Below, one piece after another: positions 1 through 7,339 of a stretch of 64,000 nt of DNA (position 1 is the stretch's first letter; the number at the start of each line of letters is the position of its first letter). Both the position numbers and the translations under genes were made by a program. The stretch spans positions 2,112,001 to 2,176,000 of the forward strand of contig CAXXHB010000003.1 in assembly GCA_963664815.2 (NCBI GenBank), read 5' to 3'. This DNA comes from Spirochaetota bacterium (GTDB lineage Bacteria; Spirochaetota; UBA4802; UBA5550). The notes beneath the pieces are model-generated. The model made no database searches and was not told the origin of the DNA. It saw only the letters and a program-made list of their open reading frames with translations.

Positions 1-1092
1 TGGGCGTCATACGATATCGAAACTTAATTCCAGTCAGTTAGATACGAGAGATGTAAGTAACGATATAAAATTCATAAGGGATACAGATTGGACCTGTGAA
101 GAACTTTTGAAGCTGAACAGGGATTATCTGAAAAATACAGCAAAAAAGAGTAAAGCAGGCTTTTTAATAATAGACGATACAGTTATAGAAAAACAGGGAA
201 AACCGAAGAAGATAGAGGGCCTTGGATGGCATTATTCCCATTCAAAAGGAAGAACTGTATATGGTCATTGCATGGTAAGCAGTCATTACAGAATTGGAGA
301 TATATCCTTTCCCGACGATTTCAGGTTTTATCTTAATGAAGACATAGCAGATAGATGCGGGAATGAATTTAAAAGCAAGCCCGATATAGCATGTGAATTA
401 ATTGAGAAGTTTGAATCTTTTACAGGAGAGAAGGTATACTGTTTAACAGATAGCTGGTACACATCTGAAAAGTTGTAAAAGCTGTACAAGCCAGAGAGTT
501 TGAACTTATAGGATCGCTCAAGAGTAATAGAGTATTCCAGTTCATGGAGCATGGTAAAAAACATAAGCTGTCAAGTTATGTTAAGAACTTAAGAAACTCA
601 TCCTTTGAAGAAATAATATTAAAGGGTGAAGCCTTCAAAGTCAGGCGGATAGAGGTCTGGCTGAAAGGTATCAGAGTTGTGATACTGATATCAAAAAGAG
701 TCAAGGACGGATCTAAGATGTTCATTCTTAGTACAGATATGAACTTGAGCAATGAAGAGATACTGAAATATTACAGCTACCGCTGGGATATTGAAGTTGG
801 ATATCTTTATTGTAAAGATCGTCTTGGAATGGGTCAATACCAGATGAGAAAACTGAAGGCAATAGGAAAATACTGTGCTCTTGTATTTGCTGCGTATGCT
901 TTACTTGAATCATTGAGAGTTTCTAATAATGAACAAAGTCTTGGTAAATCAAGGCAGTACTTCAAGATTATGAAGAAAAGGGAATATGTTGATCAGGTGA
1001 TCATATTACATAAAAAGGGTGTTTCAAAAAGAGACATCTATAAAAAATTAAAACTCGTGGCGTAGATATGTCTAAAAAACGCCTAACTCGAG
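1..1092 (+). mobile_element. IS701-family insertion sequence; left part lies outside the window
   Basis: DDE transposase fragments (IIDDTVIEK...GWHYSH...YGHC; DSWY; Y..RWDIE...KDRLG). The right end ...CCTAACTCGAG at 1092 abuts a sequence (1093 onward) that recurs uninterrupted at 6840. Confidence 0.75.
2..1065 (+). pseudogene. IS701-family DDE transposase, frameshifted at ~470
   Basis: The frame is open from base 2 to the TAA at 478. The neighbouring frame continues KVVKAVQAREFELIGSLKSNR into ORF 544-1065, consistent with one A lost in GAAAAG at ~467-472. Confidence 0.75.
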
Positions 1093-1255
1093 TAATTAAC
1101 TGATTCAGAATTATAGAACAGATCAATAAAATGTCAATATGTCCACTCAGCATAATTATTGCCAGATGTTCACTACGCACATCGCCGGACTTATTGAACC
1201 AGAAACTTTATACAGTCACCGGCGACGTCGTCAAGCTACTCAATTATACGATATG
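1093..1255. repeat. Palindromic cassette-boundary element, copy A (attC-like), with promoter-bearing left flank
   Basis: Closely similar to 6840-7000. Outer arms GCATAATT/AATTATAC, inner stem ACATCGCCGG/CCGGCGACGT. The core is also shared with 4727-4837. Confidence 0.85.
1110..1137 (-). promoter_or_regulatory. Consensus sigma70 promoter inside the copy A flank
   Basis: Minus strand reads TTGACA-N16-TATAAT. Confidence 0.6.
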
Positions 1256-1303
1256 AGAAACTTGTTGTTTTAGTACACTGAATTTGCATACGGGAATTAT
1301 TTG

Positions 1304-1834
1304 TTATGTATCAAACTCTATATTAACTTTTGGGGCATTTTTCATAACAAATTTTTTTTCTTTATATAATTTATAAGCTTCATCACCAATATAAAAATAA
1401 AAGCTGCTATTTTTACTTTGCTTTAAATTTTTTTTAATCCATTTCTGATATTCATTATATTGCTTATTAAGCCATTCAGGTTTTTTTATTAACTCTCCTT
1501 TTTCATCATAATATTTTGTTTGAAACCAAATTCGACCATTCCATAATTCGTTATCATTAACTATCTCACATCGTGAAAACTCGATAACCTCTGACAATGT
1601 ATCATCCACAAAACCGTTTTTCTTTATAAATATTTTCGAATCAGTTTTCATGATAAAAATTTTTCCGATTGTTGTTGAATCTAGTCTTTTACCTGAAATA
1701 TAACTTACTAGTTCCCCTATTTCATTTACTTTATTTCCACTTTTATCTACTATCACATCATTGTTCTTCTTAATAAATTCAATAAAAGATAGTTCATCAT
1801 TGGCTGTCATAAAAAAACTAATTTGCTTTCCCAT
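1304..1834 (-). CDS. Putative immunity protein for the orphan nuclease-like toxin
   Basis: 176 aa, very AT-rich, starts 11 bp after the toxin stop. Position is typical of CdiI. Confidence 0.7.
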   Translation of the reverse strand: MGKQISFFMTANDELSFIEFIKKNNDVIVDKSGNKVNEIGELVSYISGKRLDSTTIGKIFIMKTDSKIFIKKNGFVDDTLSEVIEFSRCEIVNDNELWNGRIWFQTKYYDEKGELIKKPEWLNKQYNEYQKWIKKNLKQSKNSSFYFYIGDEAYKLYKEKKFVMKNAPKVNIEFDT

Positions 1835-1845
1835 ATTCAGTATCC

Positions 1846-4728
1846 TTATTTATTATATGGATAGAATTTAACTCCATATCCAGCATTTTCAAAATCCTGA
1901 ATAGCTTTTGCTTCTCTTGAAACGGGAAGTCCACCTTTTGTTTCTTTCCCCACTTGAATGATAAATTTTTCCCCTGTTTCCTCATTTTTTACTAAAGCAT
2001 CCCCCCATCTTGATTCTTTAAACCCACCGGGTGTTTCTACTTTATATTCTGTTTTAACAGTATATCCATTCTTTTCAAAATCTGTTACAACTTCAGAAAT
2101 TTTCTCTTGATGAAGTGGACCACCTGCTTTTCCATATGGATTAGGAACTGCTTTAGCTACATCATCCGCTTTCCCTGTTACACCCAAAACATTCTCAGCA
2201 CTTGTAATACCGGAAACTGATAATCCTTTATTTATTAAAGCATTCTCAATCAATTCACCTGCAATGAAACCAGCCACTTCAGCAGGGTGTTCGGTTACCT
2301 TCTCTTTTACATTTTCTGCTACATTGCCTAAATAGTTTCCTGCACCCTGTTCACTTATATTATCTGCTAAACCTGTTACAGTCTCAACTCTTTTATTAAA
2401 TTCATAAGCACTTCCCAGTGCAGGATTTATCAGGTATAATCCACCTGTTGTTAATGATTCTTTTATTTCATCCTTAGTCGGTAATGAAGATAAAAGTCCT
2501 TCACCAAATTCACCTGCGTAATACGATAAATCCTTACCTTTTTGTCCTTCTAAATATTCATTAGTCTTCGATCTGTCCAGTTCTTTAAAGTCGGCAAGAT
2601 ACTTAGCCTCTTTTGTTTTCTCATTCGCCGCCCTTTCCTTCGCGAACTTAACCTCAATTGCATGTGCCGCATCAGGGTCAATCTCTTTAAGCAGCGCTAT
2701 CTTGGCATTTATTACAACCGCAGTATCTTTCGTATATGTATCAAGAATATCCTTTGACAGACTATTTGATAGCTCCTGCTTTACAGTTTTGTAAGCATTC
2801 AGCATATCCATCTGCTCATCGGGGCTCAGTGCTTCTCCGACAAGGTTTTTTGATCCGTAATATGCAAGTGTCTCTGATGCACTTACAGGTTTCCCGTTTT
2901 CAACCTTCTTCTCGTATTCATCCATTGTCTGGAATGATGATACATTTTTATCTTCTGTATAGTGGTCAAATTTTAACAGGTTCTCAGTCTTCTCAATTGT
3001 TGTTTCAATTTCCTGATCTACCTTCTTCGCTGTTTTCTCTGCTTCAGTTAATCCACTTTCCAATGCACCCACTGTATCATATAAAGTCTTTTCCCTGTCT
3101 TTTATCAGTTCTACTGTTGCGGTATCTACCGTAACTCCGCCTTTAAGTCCTCCGCTGTATGTATTGTATTGTGATATTGTTACATCTCTGTTAAGTCCCT
3201 CTGCCGATGTTTCCGGTTTGGTTATTGTTATTGTTCCTGCTCCTATTGTGGCCAGGTTTGTCTGTCTGTTGTCTGTGTAGCCGTAGTTTAAGCTTGAACT
3301 GTACGTATTTTCTGTTGGTTTGAAGCTGCCGCTTGCGCTTCCACCTGCATTGAAAGATACGTCCTTGTCCTTTATGTTGCTGAACTCAAGGCTTCCGGTT
3401 GTAAGTGTCAGGTTATCTGTTGTTGATGCTATTACTGCCCCTCTTAGGGTTGTCTTGTCTTCAACGTCTACGTTTACTGTCCCGCCGGTTAGGGATGTCT
3501 GTTCTGTTACCCAGCTTTTCTTCCCCGTGGAGAAGTTTGCGTTTACTCCGGCATTTCCCGATACGTTTTCGCCTGTTACACTTACTCCCCCGCTTGCGCC
3601 TATGGTCTGCGAGCTGTTTTTACTTTTATCCTGCAGTGATTGTACCACAAGGGAACCATTTACATCAAGGTCAAGCTCGTTTTTCGCCTTTACCACTCCG
3701 CCGATTACTGTTGTGTCTTCGCTGCTCTTTATTTTTATGTTGTTTCCGCTTAAATGTGCGTTGGTATATGTTTTGCTTTCGCTATCTGTCTCCGTGCTGT
3801 CTGCTGATGCATTAACTCCAATTGCTCCCGATGTTCCGAAACTTACCTTCATGTTGGCATGTTTCTTATCTTCGCTGCTGCTCTCTCTGTTCTCCGCCGC
3901 GCTTATCTCCACATTCTCTGCGTCAAGGGTTATATCCTCACCGGCTGCCACGCTGCTCCCCTTTACCTCCGCTTTGCTCCCCGCTGTTACAGTAAAGCTC
4001 CCTCCGGTTTTTATTGTCGATGCCTTTGCAGTTGTGCTTTCCGATGTCGATTTTGTTTTTGTGGCGTCTATTTCAAACTGGGCATCTCCGCTGAAGCCGA
4101 ATGCCTCTGCAGATCCCGCCGCCCCCGCTGCGCTTTGCAGCAGCGCCGCTGTCTTTGCTACCACGTTCTCCCCGCAGAGCGCTATATTCGCAATGTAAAA
4201 GGCCTCCTGCTCTCTTATTGAATCCAGATCATCCTGGTCTATAAGGTTGTTTTTATGGTCATCTTCTGCTTTCTTCAGGCTCTCCCTGTATTTCTCATAA
4301 TCATTCTTTGCCTTTACAACTGCTTCCTTTGCCTCTACCAGAGCCTTTGTTGCGTATGCTACATCCGTTGCGGCATTCTTGCCCCCAAACGAAAATTCCA
4401 CGCTTCCGTGAGTCTCTTCTGCTGTATGGCTTGTCTTCTCTTCTGTTGTCTTTATGCTTACGTTTTCTGCCGCCGTAAGGGTTACATCTCCACCGGTATT
4501 TATCTCAGATCCCGCTACTGTTATATTCTTTCCGCTGTTTACCGTAAGATCTTCCGATACATTAAGTTTTGATGAGCTCTGTGTCTCCCTGTCTGTCCTC
4601 TCCTTTACGCTGTCGTAGCTCCCCCCTGCAAGCGTTACTGACGCTCTCCCCTGGTCATAGTCAAAGGCGTTTTTGGGGTTGGTAAACAGGTCCATGTTTA
4701 TCCCCATTGTGGTCTTTTCAATATTCAT
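1846..4728 (-). CDS. Orphan CdiA C-terminal module with putative PD-(D/E)xK nuclease tip
   Basis: The first ~700 aa duplicate CdiA (8023-10115). The unique tip NPYGKAGGPLHQ...E..V.TPGG...R.GD...IIQVGK...PVSRE resembles REase-fold toxins. No signal peptide or TPS domain. Confidence 0.75.
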   Translation of the reverse strand: MNIEKTTMGINMDLFTNPKNAFDYDQGRASVTLAGGSYDSVKERTDRETQSSSKLNVSEDLTVNSGKNITVAGSEINTGGDVTLTAAENVSIKTTEEKTSHTAEETHGSVEFSFGGKNAATDVAYATKALVEAKEAVVKAKNDYEKYRESLKKAEDDHKNNLIDQDDLDSIREQEAFYIANIALCGENVVAKTAALLQSAAGAAGSAEAFGFSGDAQFEIDATKTKSTSESTTAKASTIKTGGSFTVTAGSKAEVKGSSVAAGEDITLDAENVEISAAENRESSSEDKKHANMKVSFGTSGAIGVNASADSTETDSESKTYTNAHLSGNNIKIKSSEDTTVIGGVVKAKNELDLDVNGSLVVQSLQDKSKNSSQTIGASGGVSVTGENVSGNAGVNANFSTGKKSWVTEQTSLTGGTVNVDVEDKTTLRGAVIASTTDNLTLTTGSLEFSNIKDKDVSFNAGGSASGSFKPTENTYSSSLNYGYTDNRQTNLATIGAGTITITKPETSAEGLNRDVTISQYNTYSGGLKGGVTVDTATVELIKDREKTLYDTVGALESGLTEAEKTAKKVDQEIETTIEKTENLLKFDHYTEDKNVSSFQTMDEYEKKVENGKPVSASETLAYYGSKNLVGEALSPDEQMDMLNAYKTVKQELSNSLSKDILDTYTKDTAVVINAKIALLKEIDPDAAHAIEVKFAKERAANEKTKEAKYLADFKELDRSKTNEYLEGQKGKDLSYYAGEFGEGLLSSLPTKDEIKESLTTGGLYLINPALGSAYEFNKRVETVTGLADNISEQGAGNYLGNVAENVKEKVTEHPAEVAGFIAGELIENALINKGLSVSGITSAENVLGVTGKADDVAKAVPNPYGKAGGPLHQEKISEVVTDFEKNGYTVKTEYKVETPGGFKESRWGDALVKNEETGEKFIIQVGKETKGGLPVSREAKAIQDFENAGYGVKFYPYNK
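2628..4720. repeat. ~2.1-kb direct repeat, copy 1 (orphan module; copy 2 lies inside cdiA)
   Basis: Aligns with 8023-10115 at offset 5395. Near-identical over ~2880-4720 with scattered SNPs, more diverged over 2628-2880. Confidence 0.95.
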
Positions 4729-4837
4729 ATCGCATAATTATTACTAATCATTCACTTTCTTACATCGCCGGACTCACAGTAACAGAAAATTTGTCCAATC
4801 CCCGGCGGTTTTGTTCAACTACTCAATTATGCGATAT
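4727..4837. repeat. Palindromic cassette-boundary element, copy B (attC-like)
   Basis: Perfect 13-bp terminal inverted repeat ATATCGCATAATT/AATTATGCGATAT. Inner ACATCGCCGGACT...CCCGGCG and CTACTCAATTAT are shared with copies A and C. Confidence 0.85.
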
Positions 4838-4951
4838 AGGGAATTTTTTGTGTCAGTGAACTGAACTTCTATACAAAACCTTTTTTTTTATTCATCAAAA
4901 CATTTTTTTTAGTAAACTTACAGCTTGAAAACTTTTGCAGTACAAATAAAT

Positions 4952-5266
4952 TTATTTAATAAGAATCATACTGATTAGTATTCTGAAATTAACAAAAACA
5001 AAACCCAATAAAAGTAAGATCTTCAATTCATCTTCATAATTCCAACCTATTTTATTTGTTATCCATATTACTATCAATATTGTGACTATAAAATATACCA
5101 CATAATTTGATGAATTATTAAAAACACTCTTAAGTTTATTAACTTTATCCCAATCATTGTTTTTTTGTGCATTATACCTTTTTATAAAAAACATTACTAT
5201 ATACATTACAGTTGTAGCAATTATTAATAAAAATTCCAAATTAATTATACTATGCGATCTAAGCAT
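4952..5266 (-). CDS. Putative membrane immunity protein
   Basis: 104 aa with about three hydrophobic segments, directly downstream of orphan toxin 5356-6597. Confidence 0.6.
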   Translation of the reverse strand: MLRSHSIINLEFLLIIATTVMYIVMFFIKRYNAQKNNDWDKVNKLKSVFNNSSNYVVYFIVTILIVIWITNKIGWNYEDELKILLLLGFVFVNFRILISMILIK

Positions 5267-5355
5267 AAATCTCCATTATTAAATATATTCTGTGCTGTTT
5301 AAAATAAATATCAGCTTTCTAAAAAAGGTTTTTTGAATTAAAATCTTTTAAAAAT

Positions 5356-6597
5356 TTAATCTTCGTTGACTCCGGATGTACCTTTTTTTAATCTATTTTT
5401 TACAATCGAATCAATAAATTGTTTTTGTTCAGATTTAATTAACTCCCCAGTACCATTTACACTTTTATCCACAACTTGTGTGCCTGTAGTGATTGTAGGT
5501 GTACCAGCAGTATATGTTAATGATGCTTCAGATGTCGTGATCCCTCCTCTAATTCCGATTTTCTGTGTTCCAAAATCTACTTCGACAATGACATTTTCTA
5601 AGCTTAAAGAAACGGTTCCGAAAGGATTTCCATCTCCATAACTTACGCCTGCTGTTATTGAACCTATTGTTTTTGGACCTATTCCAACTGTAGGATTAAG
5701 TTTACCTGAAATAGTTGCATCTTTATTAACAGTAAATTCGCCCGTACCACTTAAAGTGAGACCACCTCCTCGTCCATATACGTCTTCTTCTGCAAGAACT
5801 GTAGTAGAAACAACAACGTCTCCCTTCGGTAAAAATTCAATTACTTTGCCTAAGGTAGTTTTTTCTATAGAAGTCTGTACATCGGTTATCAGCCTATCTC
5901 CTTCTTTTAATTTATATGGATATTCAAGCTGAGGATTGTTCTTTAAGAATTTTTCTTTTTCTGTATCAAAATCGGTATTTATACCGAGTGCAACTTTCCT
6001 TTTTACATCTGTTTCAATAAAATCATCAACCAATGTATCACCTTTATCTACACGTTCAGTTATAACATTAACGGTACCTTTTTTGTCATATTCTTCAAAG
6101 GTTTTAGTATAAAGTAATGGTTTAGAACGTGCTACTACTCCACCATCTTCACTTGTATCAAGTTCTTTCGCCTTTTCGCTACCCTTAACCAGTGTATCTG
6201 ATTCAGCATTCGCATTATTCCAGTTAATTACAGCATCATGATTTGTAGTTGTTGAAGCTGTTTCTGAAAACCTGTTCCATAAATTTCCCGCCTGTTCTCC
6301 ACGTGAAGATGCAAGTGTAAGCTGCTGTCCTGCATCAAGGTCCAGCCCATTAGTGGTGTTATCCTTCCTCTGGGCTTCCCAGAAGAGTGATGTAATAATA
6401 TCTCCACCCTTTGATATATCTGTTCCTTCGGTATTCAGATATGTTTCATTATTATTCTGGTCATATGCTGCTGCATATCCATTCATCGCGTTATCTGTTT
6501 TATCTCCCTGATACAGATTTACATGAGATATTTTATCATCCTTAACTCCATCGCTGCTCTGAACAGTTTCAGAAACCTTATTAACCGCTTCTTTCAA
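5356..6597 (-). CDS. 5'-truncated orphan toxin C-terminal module with a LysM-like segment
   Basis: The frame stays open upstream to ~6825 without a start codon (AEVEEATETTKAKEGLG...). LysM-like V.KGDTL...NPQL..P..LKEGDRL and a Gly-rich C-terminus. Sits between two boundary elements with a small partner gene. Confidence 0.6.
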   Translation of the reverse strand: MKEAVNKVSETVQSSDGVKDDKISHVNLYQGDKTDNAMNGYAAAYDQNNNETYLNTEGTDISKGGDIITSLFWEAQRKDNTTNGLDLDAGQQLTLASSRGEQAGNLWNRFSETASTTTNHDAVINWNNANAESDTLVKGSEKAKELDTSEDGGVVARSKPLLYTKTFEEYDKKGTVNVITERVDKGDTLVDDFIETDVKRKVALGINTDFDTEKEKFLKNNPQLEYPYKLKEGDRLITDVQTSIEKTTLGKVIEFLPKGDVVVSTTVLAEEDVYGRGGGLTLSGTGEFTVNKDATISGKLNPTVGIGPKTIGSITAGVSYGDGNPFGTVSLSLENVIVEVDFGTQKIGIRGGITTSEASLTYTAGTPTITTGTQVVDKSVNGTGELIKSEQKQFIDSIVKNRLKKGTSGVNED

Positions 6598-6839
6598 TGA
6601 TGCCGCATCTTTATCAAGTGCATTATCGAGTTTTTCAGCTAAAGCCTTGTTCTCTGCCAGGGCTGCTATTGTTAATACATCCTTACGGGCATTAATTACA
6701 GCCTCGAGTGTACCCGCGAATCCAAGACCTTCTTTAGCTTTGGTAGTTTCTGTTGCCTCTTCAACCTCTGCCCGTATACAATCCTGAGAAAACGGTTTTT
6801 CACTGTATATACTATAAAAAAATTACTTTCAAAGATCAA

Positions 6840-7000
6840 TAATTAACTGATTCAGAATTATAGAACAGATCAATAAAATATCAATATGTCAACTCAACAT
6901 AATTGTCGCTAGACGTTCACTACGCACATCGCCGGACTCAGTATCAGAAACTTTATACAGCCCCGGCGATGTCGTTCTAGCTACTCAATTATTCGATATG
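6840..7000. repeat. Palindromic cassette-boundary element, copy C (attC-like), with promoter-bearing left flank
   Basis: CATAATT-GTCG-CTAGACG...ACATCGCCGG...CCGGCGATGT-CGTTCTAG-CTACTC-AATTATT. Closely similar to 1093-1255. Confidence 0.85.
6857..6884 (-). promoter_or_regulatory. Near-consensus sigma70 promoter inside the copy C flank
   Basis: Minus strand reads TTGATA-N16-TATAAT, pointing into the orphan module 6597-4952. Confidence 0.55.
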
Positions 7001-7044
7001 GAGGATCTTTACTTATTAAAATTACTTATTTTTACCAATGTGAA

Positions 7045-7332
7045 TTAAAAAAGCTTAAGAATTTTTCCCGTGGCGATCTCTTTCCCTTCCCAAAGTGTTA
7101 TAAGCTTTCCTCGTTTTAATTTTGGTAATACTAAATCTGGATTCATGAATTTTACAGGAATCTCATATATTCCACCCAATTGAAGCTCTCGACCTTCAAG
7201 TATCAAACGACAATCGAATCCGCTCCCGTCAACGAATAGAGGACACCCATAGACTTGACCTACTACAGAAGTTTTTCGTCCTCCTTCAGCAGTTGTTTTA
7301 AAACGAACCTCAATAATAACATCTGGCTTCAT
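7045..7332 (-). CDS. Putative CdiI immunity protein resembling EF-Tu domain III
   Basis: 95 aa, 7 bp after the cdiA stop. EV.....EGGR.T...Y and G..I.LWEG.EIATGKILK parallel EF-Tu EVYILSKDEGGRHT...[20 protein letters not shown]. Confidence 0.7.
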   Translation of the reverse strand: MKPDVIIEVRFKTTAEGGRKTSVVGQVYGCPLFVDGSGFDCRLILEGRELQLGGIYEIPVKFMNPDLVLPKLKRGKLITLWEGKEIATGKILKLF

Positions 7333-7339
7333 TTAAATT

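Noticed and set aside
465-478. Programmed -1 frameshift in the IS701 transposase
   Set aside because: Only a short AAAAG run with no obvious stimulatory structure, and it splits the catalytic DDE region; mutation or sequencing error is simpler.
1145-6999. Boundary palindromes as ordinary Rho-independent terminators or a canonical integron
   Set aside because: They are ~110-bp multi-stem elements without an adjacent T-tract. A canonical integron call is unsupported because the cores are AAT/ATT and no intI or attI is visible, so they are reported only as attC-like.
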